IMG/VR virus record: IMGVR_UViG_3300030102_004176
Span: 1 to 56,058 of that record
Source of the DNA: a virus
Taxonomy: Duplodnaviria > Caudoviricetes
Reading direction: 5' to 3' (one strand)
Length of the DNA stretch: 56,058 bases
Shown here one piece after another: positions 45,842 through 55,271 of this stretch. The notes beneath the pieces were generated by a model. It did no database searches. It was not told the DNA's origin and saw nothing but the letters and a program-made list of their open reading frames with translations. Made by a program: the position numbers and the translations under genes. Each line of letters begins with the position of its first letter. Position 1 is the first letter of the stretch.

Positions 45842-46474
45842 ATGTGGGCACAAGTTAAAAATGGACAGGTTATAAAAATTTTTAAGGCAGCACAAGCTTT
45901 CAAAATAGGTGAGTATCAATATCCAAGTGCTGTTTTCTCAAAATGGAGTAAACCAGAGTTAGCAGAAATAGGTTTATACCCTGTTCAACAAGACAGAACA
46001 AATTACAAAAATACAGAATACCATAGAAATACTACTCATACTTATACTGTGGATGACAAAAATAAAGTTGTAAAAATGACTTGGGGCAAAGCTACTGCAC
46101 ACAGTTTGGTTGATGTAGAGGTCAAAGATGAGGATGGAAAAAATGTTTTAGATGGAGAGGGTAATAAAGTTATTAATGAGGGTCTTAAAACAGTAAAGAA
46201 AAAACAAATAAATGATGAGGCTCGTAATATTTTAAATAATACCGATTGGTATGTTATTAAAGCCAGCGAAGTGTCTGACTACACTTTACCAACAAACATA
46301 GCAAAATTTAGAGCAGCAGTAAGGACAAAATGTAATGCTATGCAAACACAAATTGATAATGCTAATGATGTCGATGCTTTAGAAACTCTTTATACATATA
46401 CAAACACTGGTACAAAAGAAAAACCTGTAATGACTAGACCTTTAGGGGAGTTTCCAAAACTGGAGGATTTCTAA
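45842..46474 (+). CDS. tail fiber-associated/assembly protein (putative)
   Basis: QYP..F..WS..EL..IGLY and L..TDWYVI motifs; lies between fiber genes. Confidence 0.6.
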   Translation: MWAQVKNGQVIKIFKAAQAFKIGEYQYPSAVFSKWSKPELAEIGLYPVQQDRTNYKNTEYHRNTTHTYTVDDKNKVVKMTWGKATAHSLVDVEVKDEDGKNVLDGEGNKVINEGLKTVKKKQINDEARNILNNTDWYVIKASEVSDYTLPTNIAKFRAAVRTKCNAMQTQIDNANDVDALETLYTYTNTGTKEKPVMTRPLGEFPKLEDF

Positions 46475-47935
46475 ATGCCTTTTATTTTAGGAGCTAGCAG
46501 CGCGTCAGATACTGTTCACCAGATCAATCAATCAATTAGATTTAATGACTCTGATTCACCTATATTAAAAAAAACTTTAGCTGCTGGTACGGATGAAACA
46601 TTTACATTTTCTTGTTGGGTTAAAAGAGGTAAAATAGGTTCTGGATTAGGTGGTGCTGGTAATTATGGATTAACTTTATTTTCGGGTGGTTCAGATACTA
46701 GTAATTATGGAGAGATACGTTTTGAATCAAGTGGTTTTGGTACTCAAGATTCTCTTTTTTTTTATAATTTAACTAGTGGTTCTATTAATTATAAATTAGC
46801 AACAACACAATTATTTCGTGATACTTCAGCTTGGTATCATATTGTTTGTGTAATGGATACAACCAATGCTTCTGAAACAGAAAGAATGAGAATTTATGTT
46901 AATGGTTTAAGAGTTACAGATTTTTCTGCTATAAGTTATCCAGGTCAAAATGACCCTACTAATTTTAACACTGCAACAGAACACGGAGTGGGTGGTTTTG
47001 CAGTTGGTACAGATACAAGATTTTTTGATGGCTATTTAGCAGAAATTGTATTTCTTGATGGCACTGCTACAACTTGTAATAGCTTCGGTGAATTTAATAG
47101 TTCAGGAATCTGGGTCCCCAAAGACGTAAGTGGTTTGACATTTGGCACTAATGGTTTTCATATTGATGGTAGAGATGCAACTGATCTTGGAGATGATGAA
47201 GCTGGAAGTAATGATTTTGCAGCAAGTGGACTTGCAGAACATGACCAAGTGTCTGACTCTCCTACGAATAATTTTCCAACTTTAAATCCATTAAACAAAT
47301 ATGGTAGTAATGTGTCTCTATCAGATGGTAATTTAACATCAACAGTTTCCTCAAGCAGTAATCATAGAGGAGCAAAAGCAACCCAAGCTGTTGCATCAGG
47401 TAAATGGTATTTCGAGGTGTATTTTAGTGCATCCAATGCTGATAATAATGGTGCAGTTGCTATAAGTGAATCCTCTGAATATAATGATGTTCCGGGAGAA
47501 ACTTCTGACCCTACAGGATTTAGATACGGTAGTGCTGGAAACTTCAAACAAAATAATGTAGCAAGTAGTGTTATTACAACTATTGCGGCTAAAGATATTG
47601 TAATGGTGGCGCTTGATATGGATAATGACAAAGCTTGGATTGGAATTAATGGAGCTTTTGTTTCAAGTGGTGATCCAGCATCTGGTAGTAATGCAATAAC
47701 TACAACTGTTCCAGATTTAGCTTTTCCCGTGTCATATCATTATAGCACTACAGCAACTGAGATATTTAATTTTGGGCAAGACTCCACTTTTAGTGGATTA
47801 TATACACAGTCAAACAGTTATGTTGCAGATTCAAACAACTATGTTGGAGCAAGTGATGGAAATGGTGTAGGTAGTTTTTTTTATACACCACCAACTGGTT
47901 ATTTAGCAATTTGTACAAAGAATTTAGGAAGTTAA
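46475..47935 (+). CDS. LamG/ConA-like plus SPRY domain receptor-binding protein
   Basis: TFSCWVKR, FRDTSAWYHIV, FDGYLAE, SGKWYFEV, FNFGQ. Confidence 0.8.
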   Translation: MPFILGASSASDTVHQINQSIRFNDSDSPILKKTLAAGTDETFTFSCWVKRGKIGSGLGGAGNYGLTLFSGGSDTSNYGEIRFESSGFGTQDSLFFYNLTSGSINYKLATTQLFRDTSAWYHIVCVMDTTNASETERMRIYVNGLRVTDFSAISYPGQNDPTNFNTATEHGVGGFAVGTDTRFFDGYLAEIVFLDGTATTCNSFGEFNSSGIWVPKDVSGLTFGTNGFHIDGRDATDLGDDEAGSNDFAASGLAEHDQVSDSPTNNFPTLNPLNKYGSNVSLSDGNLTSTVSSSSNHRGAKATQAVASGKWYFEVYFSASNADNNGAVAISESSEYNDVPGETSDPTGFRYGSAGNFKQNNVASSVITTIAAKDIVMVALDMDNDKAWIGINGAFVSSGDPASGSNAITTTVPDLAFPVSYHYSTTATEIFNFGQDSTFSGLYTQSNSYVADSNNYVGASDGNGVGSFFYTPPTGYLAICTKNLGS

Positions 47936-47936
47936 T

Positions 47937-50384
47937 ATGGCAACACCAACAATACCAAATGGCGAAGAATATTTTTTCAATACCCTGTATGAAGGTAACG
48001 GAAAAGGGCAGAGGGTCGGTAAGTTTGTACCTTTTACAGATAATGGCACGATTGCAAATAGTTGTTTGTTTGAAAATAATGTAAGTTCTTATTTATCAAG
48101 AACACTAAGTTCAAATGGTAGTGGCACAACAGTAACATTTTCTTGTTGGGTAAAAAGAGATATATTAACACAAGGATTAATAGGGTCAGTAATAATGATG
48201 CACTCTAATGTAAGTACAAATTCAGAAATACTTGAATTTAATAGTACAGATAATTTACATTATTATGAAGTAACAAGTGGAACAAGAAAATGGAATTTTG
48301 CAACAGTTAGAACTTTTGAAGATACAACTAAATGGTATCATATTATGGTGGCTAGAAATACTACTGAAGATAGTCCAGATGATAGAGTTAAGATTTATGT
48401 AGATGGAGAATTATTGACTGATTCAGATTTTCAAGATGGTTCAGGTGCATTAGATTTAATAAAACCAGCAAAAAATGATACTGGATATTGGAATCAAACT
48501 ACATATGATGCAGTAGTAGGTAACACAAATAATGGAAGTTATATAGATGGTGCTGGTTATCTTGCTGAAGTAAATATGGTTGATGGCACAGCATTAACAC
48601 CTGACACTTTTGGTGTTACTGATACCTCAACTGGTAGATGGATACCTAAGACATTAAGCGGTATTACTTATGGCACAAATGGTTTTAGATTAACTTTTCA
48701 AAACAATGATGCTGTTGCAAATTTAGGTTATGACTATCAAACAAGTGATAGGTCTGGCACAACTAATGATTTTTCTGTAACTAATTTAGCCACTACAAAC
48801 CAGACTACTGATAGTCCTACCCAAAACTTTGCGACGTTACAAGGAACTGGTGGAACATTAAGTGAGGGTAATTTAAAATTAGTAACTGGTAACACAGAAA
48901 GAGCGCATCACAATGCTACATTAAAACCAAAAAGTGGCAAATATTATGCAGAGTTTACTTGTAATGCTATGGGTCGTTCTGAAGTAGGTGTGGTATCAAC
49001 TCTCAATGTTCCTTATTCATCAAGTGCAACAAGACTACCAGCAACATCAGATGAAAGTGTGGCTGGTTATATGTATTATGGGTATAATGGACGAGTGTAT
49101 TATGATTCGAGTAATAAGTATGATGTAACTTATGCAACTTATACTACAAATGATTTAATAAGTATCGCTTTAGATTTAGATAATCATACTGTTGAATTTT
49201 TTAAAACAACCTATGACAGCGTAAGTGCTAGTTATGGATCAAGAGTAAGCCAAGGGACTTTAGGGTTACCTAATAGTAATTATATTTTTGCTGTGGGTGA
49301 TGGTGCTGCTGGATATGGAGGTGGTTGGACAGCTAACTTTGGTCAAAGAAGTTTTATTCATACCCCACCAACTGGCTTTGTCGCTTTACAACAGGATAAA
49401 TTACCAAGTACAGCTAAAGGCATTAGTGGATTAGTGTGGACGAAAAACAGAGATGCTTCTGATGACCATCAATGGTATGATAGTTCACGAGGCGCACAAC
49501 AAGTTATTGAATCAAATACAACAAGCGCTGAAGCTACAGTTGCAGATGGTTTACAAAAGTTTTTAGCAGGTGGACAACAAATTGAAGATGATGTGTCAAT
49601 TAATACAAATGGTGAATCGTATGTGAGTTGGAACTGGGTGGCAAATGGAGGAACTACAGAAAATATAGATGTTGGTGGTGATATCACTATAGCTTCAGTT
49701 GTTCAGAAAAATACAACCGCTGGATTTTCTATTGTCCAATATACTGGAAATGGTTCTGCTAGTCAAAAAATCGGACACGGCCTATCACAAGCTCCAGAAT
49801 TTATAGTTACTAAAAGATTAGATGGTACACAGAGTTGGCACCTGTATCATTCTTCACAAGGCCCAACTAAATATGCTCTTTTAGATTCTACTGGGACATT
49901 TCAATCCTCAACACTACCTTGGCAAGACACCTCTCCGGATGCAACTTGGTTTTCTGTAGGTAGTGGTAATACAAATCAAAATACTCAAACATATGTTGCG
50001 TATTGTTGGCATGGAGTAGATGGCTTCAGTAAAATTGGAAAATATCGTGGAAACTCAAGTTCTACTGGAGATGGTCCGTTTGTTTTTTTAGGATTTAAGC
50101 CAGCTTGGGTTCTTATTAAAAACGTCGGTGATGCTTCACAATGGCGACTTTTTGATGGAGCAAGAAATACTTTTAATCCAGTTAACAAAAGTTTTAGAGC
50201 AAATGCTACAAATACTGATCACACAGATAATACTTATTATTTAATGGATTTTCTAAGTAATGGATTTAAGATTAGGGGTCAAGCTTCAACAGATTTAAAT
50301 TCATCATCATACGATTATGCTTTTCTAGCCTTTGCTGAACATCCATTTCTAGGGGACGGAACTAGTCCTATGACTGCGGGATAA
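47937..50384 (+). CDS. LamG/SPRY-containing tail/receptor-binding protein
   Basis: TFSCWVKR, WYHIMV, SGKYYAEF, ANFGQ; C-terminal NTTAGFSIVQYTGNG and DFLSNGFKIR. Confidence 0.8.
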   Translation: MATPTIPNGEEYFFNTLYEGNGKGQRVGKFVPFTDNGTIANSCLFENNVSSYLSRTLSSNGSGTTVTFSCWVKRDILTQGLIGSVIMMHSNVSTNSEILEFNSTDNLHYYEVTSGTRKWNFATVRTFEDTTKWYHIMVARNTTEDSPDDRVKIYVDGELLTDSDFQDGSGALDLIKPAKNDTGYWNQTTYDAVVGNTNNGSYIDGAGYLAEVNMVDGTALTPDTFGVTDTSTGRWIPKTLSGITYGTNGFRLTFQNNDAVANLGYDYQTSDRSGTTNDFSVTNLATTNQTTDSPTQNFATLQGTGGTLSEGNLKLVTGNTERAHHNATLKPKSGKYYAEFTCNAMGRSEVGVVSTLNVPYSSSATRLPATSDESVAGYMYYGYNGRVYYDSSNKYDVTYATYTTNDLISIALDLDNHTVEFFKTTYDSVSASYGSRVSQGTLGLPNSNYIFAVGDGAAGYGGGWTANFGQRSFIHTPPTGFVALQQDKLPSTAKGISGLVWTKNRDASDDHQWYDSSRGAQQVIESNTTSAEATVADGLQKFLAGGQQIEDDVSINTNGESYVSWNWVANGGTTENIDVGGDITIASVVQKNTTAGFSIVQYTGNGSASQKIGHGLSQAPEFIVTKRLDGTQSWHLYHSSQGPTKYALLDSTGTFQSSTLPWQDTSPDATWFSVGSGNTNQNTQTYVAYCWHGVDGFSKIGKYRGNSSSTGDGPFVFLGFKPAWVLIKNVGDASQWRLFDGARNTFNPVNKSFRANATNTDHTDNTYYLMDFLSNGFKIRGQASTDLNSSSYDYAFLAFAEHPFLGDGTSPMTAG

Positions 50385-50385
50385 A

Positions 50386-52305
50386 ATGCCTTTAATTAAG
50401 ATACCCTTTAAACCTGGTTTTAATAAACAAATGACAAGGACCACTGCTGAATACCAGTGGACAGATGGTGACTTTGTGCGTTTTAGATATGGGGAGCCAG
50501 AAAAAATTGGTGGATGGACACAACCAATAGTAAACACGTTACCAGGTGTTGCAAGAGGTATACATAATTGGGTTGCTTTAGATGGCAACAAATATATTGC
50601 AATAGGAACCACTAAAGGTTTGTTTTTATATTATGAAGGAGCATTTTATGATATTTCACCGCTCGGAACACCTTTAACATCCTGCACTATTACTACAACA
50701 AATAGCTCGGCTACAGTCACAATAAACAAGACTGGACATGAGGTAAAAGTTGGAGAGTATGTTGTTTTTTCAAGTGTAACTTTACCGGGATCAGGAACCG
50801 GGTTTACAGCCGCTGATTTTACAACCAATCCTTTTGAAGTTATCTCTGTTCCAACTGCAAATACTTTTACGATTACTATGTCTGCAAATGAATCTGGAGC
50901 TGGTATCACCGCAGCTGGATCAGCAACAGTTACACCTTATGAAGAAATAGGTCCTTTAATACAGACACAGGGTTTTGGTTGGGGTACAGGTACTTGGAGT
51001 GGCAGCCAAAATTGGGGTGAGGCAAGTAGCACGGATGACACTGTGCTTGAACCGGGAAATTGGTCATTAGATAATTATGGTCAAATTCTAATAGCTACAG
51101 TCCGTAACGGAAGAACATTTGAATGGAATCCTTCAGCTTCAAACGCTTTGACTACAAGAGCAACTTTTGTAACTTCAAATCCGACAGCCTCGGTACAAAC
51201 TATTGTATCAGATACAGACAGGCATTTAATTCATTTAGGAACTGAAACTTTAATAGGCACAGCTGCCTCACAAGACAAAATGTTTATACGTTTTTCTGAT
51301 CAAGAGGATAGAACGACATATGCTGCAACCTCTACAAACACAGCAGGGACTTTTCAGTTAGACTCTGGATCAAAAATTGTAGGAGCCGTACGAGCTAAAG
51401 ATGTTACTTTTATTGTTACGGATACCTCAGCTTATATTATGCAATTTGTAGGTCCACCTTTTACATTTTCTATTAGACAGGTAGGTACAAACTGTGGAGC
51501 TATGTCACAACATTCAATAGTGCATGTAGATGGTGTAGTATACTGGATGGGACGAACTGGAGGTTTCTTTGTGTATGACGGAGGTGGAGTTAAAAAAATA
51601 CCATGTTCTGTTGAAGATTTTGTATTTACCACACAATCTAGTGAGGATTTAGGTTTTAATTTTCAACAAAATGAAATTATTTTTGCAGGGTACAATTCTT
51701 TATTTACAGAGATAAACTGGTTCTATCCAAAATTTGGATCTGATGTAATTGATAGATGTGTGACTCTAAATTATAGAGAGGGTGTTTGGACAACTAGTTC
51801 ACTTGCAAGAACAACTTACGTTGATAAAATTACTTTTGATAATCCTTATGCAACTGAATTTAATTCAACAGCTGTACCTAATTTTTCTATAAATGGTATT
51901 ACGAATACTGCTGGTGCAACCACTTTTTATGAACACGAAATCGGCACTGATCAAGTAGATAGTGCTGGTAGTAGAACAGCTATTCCTGCTTTTATTGAGT
52001 CAGGAGATTTTAGTTTGGATTTTGAGGGAACACAGGGTGAGTTTTTTATCAAGATAAGACGTTTTATACCAGACTTTGCTAAGATAGATGGTAATGCAAA
52101 AATATCATTGTTATTAAAAGACTTTCCAGCAGAGACAGAGACATCATCAAGTTTAGGACCTTTTACAATAACGTCATCTACAAACAAAATTGACACAAGA
52201 GCACGAGGACGTTTTGCAGCTTTAAAAATAGAAAATGAAAATATAAATGAAAGTTGGCGTTTTGGTTCTTTCCGTGCTGATGTCCAACCAGATGGAAGGA
52301 GGTAA
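50386..52305 (+). CDS. tail nozzle / DNA stabilization protein (putative)
   Basis: VRFRYGEPEKIGGW, IRFSDQED, GPPFTF, EINWFYP, QPDGRR; beta-propeller-like. Confidence 0.7.
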   Translation: MPLIKIPFKPGFNKQMTRTTAEYQWTDGDFVRFRYGEPEKIGGWTQPIVNTLPGVARGIHNWVALDGNKYIAIGTTKGLFLYYEGAFYDISPLGTPLTSCTITTTNSSATVTINKTGHEVKVGEYVVFSSVTLPGSGTGFTAADFTTNPFEVISVPTANTFTITMSANESGAGITAAGSATVTPYEEIGPLIQTQGFGWGTGTWSGSQNWGEASSTDDTVLEPGNWSLDNYGQILIATVRNGRTFEWNPSASNALTTRATFVTSNPTASVQTIVSDTDRHLIHLGTETLIGTAASQDKMFIRFSDQEDRTTYAATSTNTAGTFQLDSGSKIVGAVRAKDVTFIVTDTSAYIMQFVGPPFTFSIRQVGTNCGAMSQHSIVHVDGVVYWMGRTGGFFVYDGGGVKKIPCSVEDFVFTTQSSEDLGFNFQQNEIIFAGYNSLFTEINWFYPKFGSDVIDRCVTLNYREGVWTTSSLARTTYVDKITFDNPYATEFNSTAVPNFSINGITNTAGATTFYEHEIGTDQVDSAGSRTAIPAFIESGDFSLDFEGTQGEFFIKIRRFIPDFAKIDGNAKISLLLKDFPAETETSSSLGPFTITSSTNKIDTRARGRFAALKIENENINESWRFGSFRADVQPDGRR

Positions 52306-52307
52306 AA

Positions 52308-52442
52308 ATGCATTATACAGCAAGACTTAAAAAAGTTATAAAAGGTTTAAAAAAAGCTACAAAATTACACGCACAACAAGCGAAAATTTTGGAAGGTATT
52401 GAAAAAGACCAAAGACTTAGATATAAAAAGAAGACAAAGTAA
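52308..52442 (+). CDS. 44-aa basic protein (not in ORF track)
   Basis: RBS AGGAGG; MHYTARLKKVIKGLKKATKLHAQQAKIL...; TAATG coupling. Confidence 0.65.
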   Translation: MHYTARLKKVIKGLKKATKLHAQQAKILEGIEKDQRLRYKKKTK

Positions 52443-52729
52443 TGAAAAAAAAAGACCCTAAAGTTGGAACAGGTAAAAAACCTAAACAGTCTGGTAGACG
52501 ATTATATACTGATGAAAACCCAAAAGATACAGTAAGTATTAAATTTGCTACGCCGACTGATGCAAGAAAAACTGTGGCAAAGGTAAAAAAAATAAATAAA
52601 CCTTATGCAAGAAAAATACAAATACTGACAGTTATGGAACAACGTGCTAAAGTAATGGGAAAAAATCAGGTTGTTAGTATTGCTAAAAAAGCAAAAGAAT
52701 CTTTAAAAAAAGCGAGGAAAATTGGCTAA
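52442..52729 (+). CDS. basic conserved phage protein
   Basis: DPKVGTGKKPKQSGRRLYTDENPKDTV. Confidence 0.75.
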   Translation: MKKKDPKVGTGKKPKQSGRRLYTDENPKDTVSIKFATPTDARKTVAKVKKINKPYARKIQILTVMEQRAKVMGKNQVVSIAKKAKESLKKARKIG

Positions 52730-52886
52730 AATAAATATACTTATACCACAACTTAGTGAAGAATATGTTATGCAAAATCAAAGACAAATTTCTTACAGTA
52801 TTGAAACTTTAGTCAATCAACTAAATTTTTCATATCAAAATGAATTGAAAAAAGAACAAGATGCATTTAACTTTTTTATGAGCTAA
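52722..52886 (+). CDS. 54-aa tail-module protein, TTG start (not in ORF track)
   Basis: GAGG RBS; MAKINILIPQLSEEY...QLNFSYQNELKKEQDAFNFFMS; TAATG coupling. Confidence 0.65.
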   Translation: MAKINILIPQLSEEYVMQNQRQISYSIETLVNQLNFSYQNELKKEQDAFNFFMS

Positions 52887-53230
52887 TGACAATACGATAT
52901 AAAAATCAAGGGTTTTCGCTAACAACAACTGACACTGTGAGTGTTTTAACATCACCGACAAGTGGACGTTGTTTAGTAAAACAAATACAAGTTCATAATG
53001 GGTCATCAAGTGCGGCAGTAAATTTAGTAACACAAGTTACAGACACAAGTGCATCAGGAACATTTAGAATTGACAATGCGGCCATTGCCTCAAATACAAC
53101 ACGACAAATTATATCTCAAACGTTAGTATTAGAGGAAGGTGATATAATAAAGATGACAGCAGGCACAGCTAATGAAATACAAGGTATAATATCCTACGCT
53201 TTAATTGATCGCTCTCAAGAAAATGGTTGA
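52886..53230 (+). CDS. small beta-rich virion protein (putative)
   Basis: YKNQGFSL...LVLEEGDIIK. Confidence 0.7.
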   Translation: MTIRYKNQGFSLTTTDTVSVLTSPTSGRCLVKQIQVHNGSSSAAVNLVTQVTDTSASGTFRIDNAAIASNTTRQIISQTLVLEEGDIIKMTAGTANEIQGIISYALIDRSQENG

Positions 53231-53311
53231 TTTAATTTTTTAATTATGTAGATTTAGATATATGACAACATATATAATAGTAAATTTAGTGCTTTATCTA
53301 ATTTTTTAATT

Positions 53312-53500
53312 ATGACAAAAATAATACATTGTGAATCTAAAACTAAGATCACAAACAAAAGAACTGGTAAAGTATATGCATCAGAAAAAGAAGCTAAATT
53401 CGATGTCGAGGACAAATTGTCTGCTACAACTGAGGAGGACATTCAAAGGGACGTTACAATTATCGTTCCACAGTTGGATATTGAAGGAGGAACAGATTGA
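53312..53500 (+). CDS. conserved hypothetical protein
   Basis: ITNKRTGKVY.SE.EA..DV...T.EEDIQRDV. Confidence 0.7.
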   Translation: MTKIIHCESKTKITNKRTGKVYASEKEAKFDVEDKLSATTEEDIQRDVTIIVPQLDIEGGTD

Positions 53501-54426
53501 ACCCGTTGGGAGGAACTGAACTTCAAAACAATTTTTTACATAAAAATGTTAAAAAAGAGTTGTTAGAAGGTGTTCAAATCTGTTTATCTGTTCCTGAAAA
53601 AACACCTTTATCTAAAGATAAAGTAAATATCTTATGGCAAAAAAATGCCCCAAACCAACCTAATATTGAGCCTTGGTTTAAAAATAAAGAAAATCACACA
53701 AAATACGATTGGTATGTATTTAATTCACATTGGAATTATGAACAGTTTAGAAAAAGTTTTAATCTACCAACTGACAGATGTCATGTAATTAAAAATGGTG
53801 TAACAAGTTTTCCTAAGGTAAATAATTTCAACGAAGGAGATCGTTTAAGAATTGTACATCATAATACGCCTTGGAGAGGTTTAAATGTGTTATTGGGTGC
53901 TATGCAATATCTTGAGGGTGAAAATATTGAGCTTGATGTATATAGCAGTTGTGAAATATACGGAGATGAATTTAAAAAAGATAATGATCACAATTATAAA
54001 GAATTGTATGATCAAGCCAGAGAACTATCAAACGTAAATTATATCGGGTATAGAACAAATGATTTTATATTAAGTAAATTACCAAATTATCATCTGTATG
54101 TGTATCCAAGTATATGGGAAGAAACATCATGCATTTCTTTGTTAGAGTCTATGGCAGCTGGCTTATACTGTGTCGTGACTAATTATGGTGCTATTTACGA
54201 AACAGGGTCAGAGTTTCCTATATATATTAACTATGAAACAAATTTTAATAATCTTGCATTCCAATTTGCAGAAGCTATTAAAGTAGCACGGGACACGCTT
54301 CACGAACCTATGATTAGAAAACATTTGTCTTTACAGCAAGATTTTGTAAAAAGATTTTATTGTTGGGAAAAAAAGGCACACGAATGGACTAATTTTCTTA
54401 CAGGTGTTTTAGATGCAAAACAATAA
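53497..54426 (+). CDS. glycosyltransferase, GT-B fold (GT4-like)
   Basis: GGTE, FNSHW, PWRGL, YPSIWEETSCISLLESMAAG (E-x7-E). Confidence 0.88.
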   Translation: MNPLGGTELQNNFLHKNVKKELLEGVQICLSVPEKTPLSKDKVNILWQKNAPNQPNIEPWFKNKENHTKYDWYVFNSHWNYEQFRKSFNLPTDRCHVIKNGVTSFPKVNNFNEGDRLRIVHHNTPWRGLNVLLGAMQYLEGENIELDVYSSCEIYGDEFKKDNDHNYKELYDQARELSNVNYIGYRTNDFILSKLPNYHLYVYPSIWEETSCISLLESMAAGLYCVVTNYGAIYETGSEFPIYINYETNFNNLAFQFAEAIKVARDTLHEPMIRKHLSLQQDFVKRFYCWEKKAHEWTNFLTGVLDAKQ

Positions 54427-55243
54427 ACCGATTTGGATAAATAAAACTAAAAGTACAGATAAATATAAAATCAAACTTTTTGTAGCTACACCTGTTCACA
54501 GTGAAGTATCTATACATTTTACACAAACAATGCTTGAGCTACAAAAAGAATGTATGAAAAGAGATATACTTGTAACATTTCAATTAATGAAATCTTCTTT
54601 AGTTACACAGGGACGAAATTTATGTGTTAGCGCTTTTTTACAAACGGATTATACACACTTATTATTTGTAGATTCGGATATTGCTTTTGATGTTGAGAGT
54701 ATATTTAAAATGATGAGTAAAGAAAAAGAAATAATTTCACAACCCTATCCTATTAAAACAGCTAAGTGGGAAAATTTAATTACTAAAATTAAGGGTGGAC
54801 TTATTAAAGAACCCAAACATTGTCAATTTCATATAAATCAGTATCCAATACTTTTAGAAGATGAAGAGCATAACGTTAAATGTAATGAAGGTGTTATTGA
54901 AGTTACACACGCACCTACCGGTTGCATGTTAATACAAAGACAAGTTTTTGATAAATTAATAAAAGCTTATCCAAATATGGATATTGTACAAAAAACTGTA
55001 ATAGATGGTGAGTTCAAAGACAGACCACATTTTTATGCTTTTTTTGACACGTATTATGATCCAGAAAATAAAAGATATTACGGAGAAGACTTTGCTTTCT
55101 GCCGTTTATGGAAAAATATAGGTGGCAAATTATATTGTTACATACTTGATTATATAACTCATGTAGGTGAGTTTCAGTATACTGGTCGGTTATATGACGA
55201 GATGACCAAGCAGGAGGTTGAAAAACTATCTGATACAGAGTAG
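54413..55243 (+). CDS. glycosyltransferase-like protein, GT-A fold
   Basis: LFVATP, SLVTQGRN, HLLFVDSDI (DxD), PTGCMLI, GEDFAFC. Confidence 0.8.
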   Translation: MQNNKPIWINKTKSTDKYKIKLFVATPVHSEVSIHFTQTMLELQKECMKRDILVTFQLMKSSLVTQGRNLCVSAFLQTDYTHLLFVDSDIAFDVESIFKMMSKEKEIISQPYPIKTAKWENLITKIKGGLIKEPKHCQFHINQYPILLEDEEHNVKCNEGVIEVTHAPTGCMLIQRQVFDKLIKAYPNMDIVQKTVIDGEFKDRPHFYAFFDTYYDPENKRYYGEDFAFCRLWKNIGGKLYCYILDYITHVGEFQYTGRLYDEMTKQEVEKLSDTE

Positions 55244-55246
55244 AAT
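55218..55246 (+). promoter_or_regulatory. sigma70-like promoter
   Basis: TTGAAA-17-TAGAAT. Confidence 0.5.
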
Positions 55247-55271
55247 AGACCTTAAAAGACTAGGAGTTTAT

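Noticed and set aside
46475-50384. Diversity-generating retroelement acting on the receptor-binding genes
   Set aside because: No reverse transcriptase and no near-identical template/variable repeat pair was seen.
2081-53442. Numerous short minus-strand ORFs in the track (for example 27391..27975, 43698..44012, 51951..52313)
   Set aside because: Antisense shadows of long motif-bearing genes, with no RBS.
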